A stretch of DNA of 64,000 bases from a virus (lineage: Duplodnaviria > Caudoviricetes). Below the pieces are notes generated by a model. That model had not been told where the DNA came from. It saw nothing but the letters and a program-made list of their open reading frames with translations, and did not search any database. This document shows positions 48,351 through 57,624 of the stretch, piece after piece. The DNA is taken from IMG/VR virus record IMGVR_UViG_3300037067_027616, positions 96,001 through 160,000 of that record, one strand, 5' to 3'. Made by a program: the position numbers and the translations under genes. The stretch's first letter is position 1, and each line of letters starts with the position of its first letter.

Positions 48351-49229
48351 TCAAAAAATCATGGACGCCGGCGAACTCCACGTGGTGTAGAGGTGACCGT
48401 CTTGGTTGTATACGAGGCTACGGATGTCATCGTCCCCGTTGGAGTCTTGCAGACAATATTCGAATTTGGTCACCGACACCCCCTCGAATTCTTTTATTAC
48501 GGCGCCGTAGGGGAGCCTGCGGATGGTGCGGGGATCTTTAGGCACTTGGGAAAGAAGGGCCATCTCGTTGACAGTCGGCTTGGGGTTGAATTTGGTTTCG
48601 AAATCCTTCTTCCACGCTTCGATTATTTTGTTGTCCTTGAGTTTGGTTATCCAATCAGCTACAACTTTGGCCTCGGGTGTGTTTTGGCAATCAGAAGGTA
48701 CTGTAATCTCCCTGAAAGAAAGACCCCGGATACCATAAATAGCACAGAGGCCAACCCAATTTTCAAAGTAAAGTTTACACACCTCCGGTGTGAGCATTAC
48801 CGTGATGCGTGTAGTTAGGACGGGGCTCTTTTTGATTGTTTCCCACAACGGAAGGTATTCATGGAGCTGTTCCGGGTCATCAATCGACACAGCTATGACA
48901 TTGAATAGGGGCCTGCCATCAACCATGAAGTTATTCAAATCTTGGGGGGACTTCGACCACGCCTTTCCGTTGGTCTGAACTACGACAGGCCAATCCCGGA
49001 ACTCGCTGGCCGCGAATGCAAGTTCACTGTTCTGCGATGGCTCACCTTTCCCGGTGATTATGACATCGGTGACTTGAGCCATCTTGGCGAAGTGGACAAC
49101 CTTGGGAAGGTTCCAATCCCAAGTCCGTCTGTCAACCGGAGGCGCCCAGGTCATTTTGCTGACGCAGTAGGGGCATTTTTTGTCACAAGCGGTACCGGGC
49201 AGGCAGATGGACAGGGTCTGGGCTTTCAT
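48351..49229 (-). CDS. radical SAM protein
   Basis: CDKKCPYC, ITGKGEP, QTNG, AVSID. Confidence 0.9.
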   Translation of the reverse strand: MKAQTLSICLPGTACDKKCPYCVSKMTWAPPVDRRTWDWNLPKVVHFAKMAQVTDVIITGKGEPSQNSELAFAASEFRDWPVVVQTNGKAWSKSPQDLNNFMVDGRPLFNVIAVSIDDPEQLHEYLPLWETIKKSPVLTTRITVMLTPEVCKLYFENWVGLCAIYGIRGLSFREITVPSDCQNTPEAKVVADWITKLKDNKIIEAWKKDFETKFNPKPTVNEMALLSQVPKDPRTIRRLPYGAVIKEFEGVSVTKFEYCLQDSNGDDDIRSLVYNQDGHLYTTWSSPASMIF

Positions 49230-49250
49230 AGTTTTTTATCCTTTCATAGT

Positions 49251-49279
49251 AATATACCTTTCTACAACAGTTTTGTAAA
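49251..49279 (-). promoter_or_regulatory. sigma70-type promoter
   Basis: TTTACA-N17-TATATT. Confidence 0.75.
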
Positions 49280-49573
49280 GTGCTAAATCCTTCCGTATAG
49301 TGGGAAGGATTTTTGTGTTATTGTTGACAAGTAGGTATTAAAAACTGATACTGATTCTCACGTAAGATTCTTCAAGCATACAATCAATAAAATCAAAAAA
49401 TCCAGCCTCTATTGTAGCCTCGTTGATCACGGGTTCTATGCCACATTCTTTTAGGTGTTCCTTAAACAGTCTTCTCATTCTCGGGGACTTCAATGCGGCC
49501 TCTTCCAATTCTTCAATGCCTATGGCGTTGGCAAGGTCAATAGAATACATAGTATCCACCACCAAATTTTTTC

Positions 49574-50080
49574 TCATTTTGATACCTTTCCGCTGTTGGG
49601 GTCACCTTGTATTTTATCCCGCAGGGGCAGTCTGTCTATGAGTCTGCATATGACTTTTTTGATACATTCGCGCCCATCGCATTCGTTGTCGATGGACCAC
49701 TTACCGTCTTTGCCTTTAAGGAAGGCATACTCCCCGAATCCACGGCCCTTCTCAGACCATTTGAAGATGATAAGATCTTCACGGACGTAGTCGATGCAGG
49801 TATGGTTATCGAAGCTGTTTAAAATATTTTTAAGCTTGTTGACTACGGTTTTTTTCGGTGGCTTTACAGGTGTCTTCAAGGACTTGGCATGTGCCTCATC
49901 TTTGGCCTTGAGGGCTTTCCATGCCTTCGCGGCGGACGAACCCGTGGCGAGCGGACGGGCGAATCCTGGCTTGGTAATTTCCATGATGACGTAGGTTTGG
50001 CTTTTACCATCGGCTTTTGGATTGTTACCGATGAACGCCTTGGGGTGATTACGTTTGCAAGACTCTTCAATTTTGTTCAT
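49574..50080 (-). CDS. hypothetical protein
   Basis: ATGA-coupled ORF. Confidence 0.7.
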   Translation of the reverse strand: MNKIEESCKRNHPKAFIGNNPKADGKSQTYVIMEITKPGFARPLATGSSAAKAWKALKAKDEAHAKSLKTPVKPPKKTVVNKLKNILNSFDNHTCIDYVREDLIIFKWSEKGRGFGEYAFLKGKDGKWSIDNECDGRECIKKVICRLIDRLPLRDKIQGDPNSGKVSK

Positions 50081-50607
50081 AGGGGCCTTTCATTAGCGCC
50101 AGAATCTGTTTCATCTTCTTTTTTAGGTTTAGGATCGAGTTCATTTAGAGCTTGCACGAGGACGTCATGAGTCTGGTGATTACTCACATCTCTCAAGGCC
50201 ATTTGTATCATGAAGGAGGATTCCCCGAATCCGTTTAATAGAATAACTTTGAAGTATTCTTTTGTTGCAACGCCCTTGATGTCAACCGATGTCCGATACC
50301 CGTGGATATCATCACGATCTTTGTGCAGTACGGCCGCAGGAAATGCCTCGGTGATGAATTTAAAATCCTCGGGTGTTTCCCCTTCGTATATAAGATCATA
50401 TATCCGTTTTCTTGACTCCAATTCGTCCGGGTCACCGTAGGACCATTCTTGTGATAAATCTAATGGTCCTATATCCCCGCCGCAGTTCCAGCACGACAGG
50501 ATCGTAGGTTGTAGATTAGCCTGCCTGCTACTGAAGGCTTTCTTCCCGCAATTCGGACAAACGGTTTTTATGTCATCCGCGCGGTAACATGTTTGTCTAC
50601 TTTTCAT
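50077..50607 (-). CDS. zinc-ribbon-containing hypothetical protein
   Basis: CPNC...CWNC. Confidence 0.7.
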   Translation of the reverse strand: MKSRQTCYRADDIKTVCPNCGKKAFSSRQANLQPTILSCWNCGGDIGPLDLSQEWSYGDPDELESRKRIYDLIYEGETPEDFKFITEAFPAAVLHKDRDDIHGYRTSVDIKGVATKEYFKVILLNGFGESSFMIQMALRDVSNHQTHDVLVQALNELDPKPKKEDETDSGANERPL

Positions 50608-51622
50608 ATTTATCTCCACTCATGATTTCCATAACTGTTTTTATGAACACCGCCCCGACTTGTGGTACTATTGCGTTTCCGTACCCCCTAAGGACTGCGA
50701 CCCGCCCTTTGATTTTCGGCGCGAGGGGGTAGCCACTTTCAGACCCGCGTAGGTCCAAACCTTCGGGTACCCCATCATCCATGCGCTGAAGAAGGGATTC
50801 AGTCGGTATTCTCCGGTATTTTCCATCGATACATTTATGCCAGACGGAGTCTCTCCACACGTCCAGGCATCGCGCGTCAAACTGCGGGTCTGTCCGCTCT
50901 TCCGCGTGGCGTTGTTCGGGTCGTCGCAGTTCGGGGTCGCCCACCCCACAAACTGTATCTGTTGCTCCAACCCCGTTTCGCACAATCTGTTCGTGTCCTT
51001 GTCGTATGCTCTCTGCCCCGGCGACCAAGGCTTCCCTTCCTTCGTCACCAGCCTTTCCAGGGTTATCCCCGACTCCTGGTTGCTTGGGGTCCTCCAATCC
51101 GAAATTTCCTCCGGGCAAAGCGACCCAGAAGAGCCTTTGTCTGATGTGCGGCGCCCCGAGGCACGCAGCGCACAAATCGGCGGCCCCAACTTCATATCCC
51201 AGGACTTCCAGGTCAGCACGTACTCCGGCGAGCCAAGTCCTTCCAAGAGAAGACGCAACCTGCTCTCCAAAACAAGTTGAAGGCCGACATTTCTCGATGA
51301 TGCGGAAGAATTGTGGCCAGAGGTGGCGCGCATCTTCTGCACTTCGTTTTTTTCCTGCAGTAGAGAAGGGCTGGCAAGGACACGACCCGGAATATACGGG
51401 TCGGTCGTCTGGCCACCCGGCTGTGCGGAGGGCAAGGGGCCATCCCCCAATTCCTGCGAAGAAGTGACATTGGGTGTATCGAACAAGTTCTCGGTGGTCA
51501 ACATCGATGATGCTTCGTTCATCAACGTCCCCTTCAGGGATAAGATCCATGGCTATAAGTTCTCGCAGCCATGCGGCGGCGTTAGAGTCAAACTCGTTGT
51601 AGTATGCTCGACAGGATCCCAC
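50597..51622 (-). CDS. DNA cytosine-5 methyltransferase (main polypeptide)
   Basis: FFAGIGG (I), GSCPCQPFS (IV), FGEQV (VI), PHIRQRLF (VIII), LRGYGNAIVP (X); start codon uncertain. Confidence 0.9.
   Translation of the reverse strand: MGSCRAYYNEFDSNAAAWLRELIAMDLIPEGDVDERSIIDVDHRELVRYTQCHFFAGIGGWPLALRTAGWPDDRPVYSGSCPCQPFSTAGKKRSAEDARHLWPQFFRIIEKCRPSTCFGEQVASSLGRTWLAGVRADLEVLGYEVGAADLCAACLGAPHIRQRLFWVALPGGNFGLEDPKQPGVGDNPGKAGDEGREALVAGAESIRQGHEQIVRNGVGATDTVCGVGDPELRRPEQRHAEERTDPQFDARCLDVWRDSVWHKCIDGKYRRIPTESLLQRMDDGVPEGLDLRGSESGYPLAPKIKGRVAVLRGYGNAIVPQVGAVFIKTVMEIMSGDKYEK
50668..51525 (-). CDS. overlapping alternative-frame MTase subunit carrying motif IX
   Basis: WRTP/WATP segments and RLNPFFSAWMMGYPKVW; start uncertain. 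Confidence 0.65.
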   Translation of the reverse strand: MMNEASSMLTTENLFDTPNVTSSQELGDGPLPSAQPGGQTTDPYIPGRVLASPSLLQEKNEVQKMRATSGHNSSASSRNVGLQLVLESRLRLLLEGLGSPEYVLTWKSWDMKLGPPICALRASGRRTSDKGSSGSLCPEEISDWRTPSNQESGITLERLVTKEGKPWSPGQRAYDKDTNRLCETGLEQQIQFVGWATPNCDDPNNATRKSGQTRSLTRDAWTCGETPSGINVSMENTGEYRLNPFFSAWMMGYPKVWTYAGLKVATPSRRKSKGGSQSLGGTETQ

Positions 51623-51745
51623 GGTATTAATATACCTTTTCGGGACTGCTATATTAAAGGGGGTTTCAGCGTTACCTATCAAGTTCAGGTTTGATAAGGT
51701 ACTAATATTAAAAGCCCTACATCTGATGTTCCTTGGAGATATATC

Positions 51746-54025
51746 ATGAATAATTTTGTCGATATAGATGGGATAGCAGGCCCCCTGCGTGCCGTGTGGG
51801 TATCTAAAGACTCCCCCGAGGAGGCGGCCAGAAAGAACCCGCTCCTTGTCAATGACAAGCCCACTGTCGAATTCTATGACCTTCGAGGAAAACAGACGCC
51901 AAACGGCACCTATACAGGTGCTTCATATAATGCGGACGAATTATTGGACGTTAAGGGCGGACTTAATCTAAATATTGGCGTAAAGGATTGGAAGGTACCT
52001 CTTGAAAGCATGTCCAATGTAAAAGCGTGGATAAAAGCCAAAAGGGAATCAGAAGGTACTAAAATTGTACAGACCGAGGGTAAAATGGACACAAACGAAA
52101 TGGCTAGGAAGATGGCTGATGAAGGTCTTGTGGCTTCTTTGGCAGAGGCGCGCAGATTTATTGCAGCCGGGGTCGACATAGAGAAGCTTAAAGAAATGCG
52201 CAAAAGGCATTCTGAGCCATTGATGGCACGCCGAGACTACGGTACCAAGCAGGCGGATGATGGCCGTAAAGCCATAGAGGATGAGGCCCGGTCTCTTTTC
52301 AAAGCAAGTGCCTTGAGCTACGGTCGCACGGTCACACCAGAAATAGAGAATAATTTTGACAAATTCCTGGGGACGTGTACTACGAGTCAGATCAAACGGG
52401 CTATCGATGACATCAAAGGTGCGAATGTTGGTGCCACGCCGAGGCAGGCTGATGATGAAGAAGCTGACCCAGAGGTAGTGTTGAAGGCCCTTATGACGGA
52501 GCCTGAGCTGCTTAAGGCGGTCGGGGCTATTGTTGAGGCTGTTAAGAAAAAGGAATGGCTTGCACTTCCTATCGCACAAAGGATATATGGGGATTTGCGC
52601 GAATTGGGGGCCCTCAGGAATTTGGCGGCGGCAGATTCGGATCCGACAAAGATTTTGGAGTCCATAAAAAATGAGCCGGACTTCAACGAGACAGTGATGC
52701 GTTTGATGAATGAACATTTGGTGAAGAACCTCAGCGAGGCTCGCAGGCTCGCGGCGGCGGGTGTGACCCCCGAATTCTTGCGTCATATACGAGGAGAGCG
52801 TCCTATGGATCCAAAGGCCTTGAAAGAGAGAAGTTCTTACGTGGTCAAACAGCTTGATGTACTTGCTGATCGACTCGAGGCTTATGGATTGCGTGAGGCA
52901 TCGGAGAAGTTGGATATCATCTCGAACACGATTGAAGCGACGGACGGAAAACCAGATTTGAAGGACGATCTTTCCGTGAAATTCTGGGAAAAATATGGAG
53001 AACAAATCACAAAAATCTTTAGTAGAACATACGCTGTTATTAACGTTGATTCTGTAATTTCTTTAGAGTCACTTAAAAACTATTTCGTTCTTGTTTTTTC
53101 TTCTGGTGATATGCTTCTTAGTCAGCTAACAGAACTATCAAAAGTTCTACAAGATCCATCCATAAAGATAGCTTCAAAAGGGAGTAAATTGGCGCTTACG
53201 GTGGAGGTTCATGACATCGATAAAGTTGTCACACCGAAAGATGCCGCCGCACTCGCCAACAAGCCTTATGTGGTCGAGCAATTGGAAAAGGTTGGATTCG
53301 AGGTATCACAGTATCCAGGCAGCGAAGAGTATCTCAAAGAATTATGGAAGAACAAGGATCCGATACAGCACCATTCAGTGCATGCCTGGTTGGTGTCACC
53401 TCCTGCGGACAGGGTATTTAACGTGGAAGGCATCGAACAAGAAAACGTGATATTGGTTACTCCGGGATCGGCGGAGAAGGAGCAGGAGGGGTATTTCACC
53501 GGAGAATCTCCCGATGATTACAAGTACCTAGTTATGAAGGCCTCTAAACCTTACAAAGGTATCGAATCGGAAGATATCATCGTTTCATCCAACAGGGAAC
53601 AGGATTTAATATCCAAACTGAAGAGGCTGCTAAAACCTGAAGGAATCGCAAAGTTGGCCACCAAATATTTGAGGGATACACCCACCAATGAGGTGCATGA
53701 ATTTTTGAAGAAAGCCGGCGAAAGTGTAAGTTTCCCGATCCATTTTTCGGATAATCCCGAACACCCTGAATTGAAAAGGGTGTTCACGTGGCTCACCAGG
53801 CACAAGATGGGGCCTGCGTTTGGCAGCCGACCTATAGGTTGGTATCAGCAGCACCAAATGGCCGCCATAGATATCATAGAGGAAGCTGTAAAAAAGGCCG
53901 TGGGCACCGGCGAGGTGCGTGTTGAGAAGGGTGATTTGATGGTGACCACAAACGGGCGCGATTGGGAAAGACTGATGAGTTGTGAAGAGGTTTACAAGAA
54001 AGCTGACGCGGCAGCCAGAAAATAA
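51746..54025 (+). CDS. large multi-module protein, possibly virion-associated
   Basis: 759 aa, GGAG SD; internal repeat LVxxLxEARRxxAAGV twice. Confidence 0.8.
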   Translation: MNNFVDIDGIAGPLRAVWVSKDSPEEAARKNPLLVNDKPTVEFYDLRGKQTPNGTYTGASYNADELLDVKGGLNLNIGVKDWKVPLESMSNVKAWIKAKRESEGTKIVQTEGKMDTNEMARKMADEGLVASLAEARRFIAAGVDIEKLKEMRKRHSEPLMARRDYGTKQADDGRKAIEDEARSLFKASALSYGRTVTPEIENNFDKFLGTCTTSQIKRAIDDIKGANVGATPRQADDEEADPEVVLKALMTEPELLKAVGAIVEAVKKKEWLALPIAQRIYGDLRELGALRNLAAADSDPTKILESIKNEPDFNETVMRLMNEHLVKNLSEARRLAAAGVTPEFLRHIRGERPMDPKALKERSSYVVKQLDVLADRLEAYGLREASEKLDIISNTIEATDGKPDLKDDLSVKFWEKYGEQITKIFSRTYAVINVDSVISLESLKNYFVLVFSSGDMLLSQLTELSKVLQDPSIKIASKGSKLALTVEVHDIDKVVTPKDAAALANKPYVVEQLEKVGFEVSQYPGSEEYLKELWKNKDPIQHHSVHAWLVSPPADRVFNVEGIEQENVILVTPGSAEKEQEGYFTGESPDDYKYLVMKASKPYKGIESEDIIVSSNREQDLISKLKRLLKPEGIAKLATKYLRDTPTNEVHEFLKKAGESVSFPIHFSDNPEHPELKRVFTWLTRHKMGPAFGSRPIGWYQQHQMAAIDIIEEAVKKAVGTGEVRVEKGDLMVTTNGRDWERLMSCEEVYKKADAAARK

Positions 54026-54264
54026 CGGCATGAGACTCATTCCACAGGGGGAACTTCCCCTCACCCGCACGATGCGGGACTTGTTCCCGGGGCTGGTCGT
54101 TGAATGCGACCGGCCCCCACGGGACGAACCTTTGTGCGACATAGCCTCCAGGGAGGGCGCATACATAGGTGGAGCGGCAGGAACAAGATCAGACATCGAG
54201 CAGGCCCTAGATGAATGGGGTTGGCTCAAGAGACGCAGGAACACCACATCCAAAGGAGATACAA

Positions 54265-54597
54265 ATGAACCGCAAAACGAAGACCCCCGCCAAATCAAAG
54301 TTGAGTGTTGACAAAAACGGGTTCGGCAAGCACCTCGCCTCTGTTTTGAAAGAAATGTGCCGAAGGGTCAAGGCGAAATACGACGACATCGACTTCAAAT
54401 CTTCAGGTTGGTTTCGTCAGTATAAATGGACCCGGGAACAAGAGAAGTCGTTCGAGGGGTGGCTCACCGACTATTTGTACCATTCGCGCGAGGCACGTTG
54501 GGAGTTATGCGAACGTGGGTTATATATCGACAAAAAATGGTGCAAAAAGGTTGCTGAAGAGTTCACATTCATGTACGGGTGGGTTCTCTCCGATTAG
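54265..54597 (+). CDS. hypothetical protein
   Basis: AGGAG SD before MNRKTK. Confidence 0.65.
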   Translation: MNRKTKTPAKSKLSVDKNGFGKHLASVLKEMCRRVKAKYDDIDFKSSGWFRQYKWTREQEKSFEGWLTDYLYHSREARWELCERGLYIDKKWCKKVAEEFTFMYGWVLSD

Positions 54598-54929
54598 TAG
54601 CCCATAAGGCTTCTTAAATCGGATATACAGGATCTAATCAAGTCTCGTTGCATATGAAGTGAATGTTGCAATTTTAGGTCATCTTTGAAAGCTTCGGCGG
54701 CCCGGTGCATATCGGATGCTTTGACTTCCCATTTATCGATGAGGGCGTGTAAACCCTCCTGGGGAATGGCACGTTTTTTAAGCGTATCCCGGCGATCTAA
54801 TTCGATTTCTATTTCGGAACACATGTTTTGTGCTTGTACGTATGCAGACTCTGCCTTAGAAAGGTGTTCGGATGCCCTATCAAGTTCTTCATTGAGCTGC
54901 ATTTCGTCCAGATTTTTGAGGTTAGCCAT
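54594..54929 (-). CDS. coiled-coil hypothetical protein
   Basis: AAAGGA SD; converges on 54265-54597. Confidence 0.65.
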   Translation of the reverse strand: MANLKNLDEMQLNEELDRASEHLSKAESAYVQAQNMCSEIEIELDRRDTLKKRAIPQEGLHALIDKWEVKASDMHRAAEAFKDDLKLQHSLHMQRDLIRSCISDLRSLMGY

Positions 54930-55034
54930 TGGTATTCCTTTCACCTTATGTCACCAAAATTAGAAGGTTATTTCTAAATAATACTTTATTGATACTTATG
55001 AGGTTAAGTAACACGTACCCACAAGGGGATCGTC

Positions 55035-57590
55035 ATGGCATTTCTATCTCTCCACGCGATACACGGCGTCATCGATTCTTTCCTGCACAATACCCAATAT
55101 ATGTTCAGGACAGCCAAAGAGGCTCCGGATATTGATGATGCTTATGAAGATGCAAAAAAAGAGGTCAACAAAGCCGGAATAAATTACGACAGGAATATAG
55201 GAAGGGCCTTCGGGCAACTTCTTACGCAGGCGATAGATCTTCCTGAAGATCCTTCGAAGTCTACTTTTTGGGGAGATGAGGACGTCGTAGATCTTTTGAA
55301 CAAGCTACCCTACCTCATACCGCATTGGACAGGTGAAGCTTTCGGTAAGGCTTTCGCCAAGAAGCTTAACCGATCGATGGGATCTTACGTCTACAAGTTA
55401 TTTGGTCGCTCGGATGAGGACTACAAAAAGCCAAAAACCATTGCGTGGTTTGAGTCCGGGGATCTTAACCCACAAGAAATTTTTAAAAGATTTGCTGTCA
55501 TACTCAACAAAGAGTCAAAGAAAAATTATACCCCCGAAACGGTACGAGAAAATTTCAAGTATGAAAAAAAAGAAAAGCCGTCCTATGATGACTACGATTT
55601 GAGAACAAATTCCACGGTGACAGCACAAAAAGCCCTTGAGTCAACAGTATCCATGTTGAGTGATGAACTTATAAATCCAAGCAACTTTATTAACAAGTTG
55701 GCAGAGCAAAGAGGTGGTAAAGAGGTTGCCGTGTCGTGGATGCGCCCACCACGAGGTAAAGCACCCTCCGCCAAAGAACAAACAGAAGAAACCGATCGCC
55801 GCAAGATGGACCCCGAAGTGGCAGATAAAATGTTCGAGGCCTTGGAATCGAAGCGACCGTTACACTGGAAATATGTCCGGCCGGAAGTTGCCCCTGGAAA
55901 AGGGGGTGCTGCCGTTACCATGTTGACTGTCTTTTTCCCGGCTCTTGGTGATAAAGAGTACAGCATTGTAGTACCCAATGACGTTGGATTAGCTCTTCGT
56001 GACTCACGTAAGGGTGAAGAGTATACGTTGCGCGTACTTGATTATGACCCGTCCAAAGGGTTCAAAGTTTCTTTCGACGGGTTCAAAGACAAGATACTTC
56101 TTTCAAGAAGAGAATCCATAAGGAAAACAGGTGTAACGGCCAAGCAGCTCTCTGACGCCATCAGGGATTTTATAGATGACTATGCTTCAGAACTTGTAAA
56201 ACCCACAATCTCTGAAGATGTTACAAAAGTAGCCGAACAGTTCTTTGGAAGAGTCATAGTCGATGGAAAGAACGTGGCGACTGATCAAGGCCTTTCTGAA
56301 TTGATTGACCTCCACGAACAACGTAAGATCCAAAGGGACCCCCGTGGAGGCAAGAAAAAAGATCCCGAAGACCAAAGCGAAGAGTCTGTGCTGAAAAGGT
56401 ACCTTAAAGAAAAAGAAGAACTCGAAAATAAACGCAAAGTGCAAGAAGAAGGCGTAGGCGAGGACATCGCATGGGTGCAACACCAAAGGATGGATCACGC
56501 AAATAAGGCGGCCTCAAAAATAGCCGACAAGATATCACGATCTCCATCGATACCCGAAAAAGGGCGCTTCACGCATAAAAGTGATACATGGACATATGCC
56601 AATGCTTTGAGAAGTAAAGCCGGGATAAGGTGGCTGGTCGAACTCGCAACATCAGAGGCGTTGCTTCCGACAAAAACAGGGAAAATACCGTGGGACACGT
56701 TAATAAATAACATCATGAAGTCCGACATTATCGGGAACGCCGAAAAATCGGTGTTGTTAGGCGGGAGTTCGATAGAAAAGATTCTACCAGCATTAAAAGT
56801 CGCCTATATCGCCCATAATGCGTCCATGTCAGATGACCAAAAAAGAAGTGCCTATGAGGAATACATGAAAGGCACTTTAAAAGTAAACCCTACCGAGCGT
56901 TCCGAGATATCCAAAGACTTGGCATCAAAGGAAGTTGACTACATCAGGACCAACATCGTTGACAACGTCAAAGAGGAGATACAAAGGGCTTTTATAAACA
57001 TGTACGCTGCGGGTGATCCGGACATTGTAGATATCGTAGAGGTTTCAAAAGCGCGCCTCCCGGAACGTATGACGGAAGAGGAGAAAGAGGAGTGGGACAT
57101 CGACAAGAAAAAGAAAAAGGTGACCACGACTTTCAAAACTAGAATCGATGAGGCCCGTGAAAGAATAAAGAACATAAGGGACTTCAATAGTCAAAAAGCC
57201 CGCGCCTTGGAAGACATTTTGGAAAACGGAGATTATGGAAAGGTACGTAAGGATCTTAAAGCTGTCAAAATGTCCCCCAAAGCCTTGGAAACATTCGAAG
57301 AACTTGAAAAATCTGGAAAAGCCACCCCGGACACTGCGGAATACGAAGGGATGCTCTCCAAAATAGAAACTGTTTCCGATGCCTACGAAAGAGCCTTGAA
57401 CGATGAGTCTGATAAGAGCCTTGAGAAGGTATTCAAGTCTGTTGCAACGAAGCAGAAAGGTAAAGAGGATACTTCGGGGGTAACAGAAAAACCAGAAGAT
57501 ACCTCGGAGGAAACAGAAGAACTTGAGGATAAACAGGCATCGTTGAACAGACTTGCTGTTAAAATTGCCTTTTCTAAAATGGGTTTGTAA
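55035..57590 (+). CDS. large Lys/Glu-rich protein, possibly virion/head-internal
   Basis: 851 aa ORF with SD. Confidence 0.8.
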   Translation: MAFLSLHAIHGVIDSFLHNTQYMFRTAKEAPDIDDAYEDAKKEVNKAGINYDRNIGRAFGQLLTQAIDLPEDPSKSTFWGDEDVVDLLNKLPYLIPHWTGEAFGKAFAKKLNRSMGSYVYKLFGRSDEDYKKPKTIAWFESGDLNPQEIFKRFAVILNKESKKNYTPETVRENFKYEKKEKPSYDDYDLRTNSTVTAQKALESTVSMLSDELINPSNFINKLAEQRGGKEVAVSWMRPPRGKAPSAKEQTEETDRRKMDPEVADKMFEALESKRPLHWKYVRPEVAPGKGGAAVTMLTVFFPALGDKEYSIVVPNDVGLALRDSRKGEEYTLRVLDYDPSKGFKVSFDGFKDKILLSRRESIRKTGVTAKQLSDAIRDFIDDYASELVKPTISEDVTKVAEQFFGRVIVDGKNVATDQGLSELIDLHEQRKIQRDPRGGKKKDPEDQSEESVLKRYLKEKEELENKRKVQEEGVGEDIAWVQHQRMDHANKAASKIADKISRSPSIPEKGRFTHKSDTWTYANALRSKAGIRWLVELATSEALLPTKTGKIPWDTLINNIMKSDIIGNAEKSVLLGGSSIEKILPALKVAYIAHNASMSDDQKRSAYEEYMKGTLKVNPTERSEISKDLASKEVDYIRTNIVDNVKEEIQRAFINMYAAGDPDIVDIVEVSKARLPERMTEEEKEEWDIDKKKKKVTTTFKTRIDEARERIKNIRDFNSQKARALEDILENGDYGKVRKDLKAVKMSPKALETFEELEKSGKATPDTAEYEGMLSKIETVSDAYERALNDESDKSLEKVFKSVATKQKGKEDTSGVTEKPEDTSEETEELEDKQASLNRLAVKIAFSKMGL

Positions 57591-57624
57591 ATTTGAAACA
57601 TATTCGGAATATTGATAGGGGACT

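Noticed and set aside
44334-49229. integron integrase or DGR reverse transcriptase beside the cassette array
   Set aside because: I found no tyrosine-recombinase (R..HxxR..Y) or RT (YxDD) motif set in any ORF here; the neighbours are a small RHH-like gene and a radical SAM gene.
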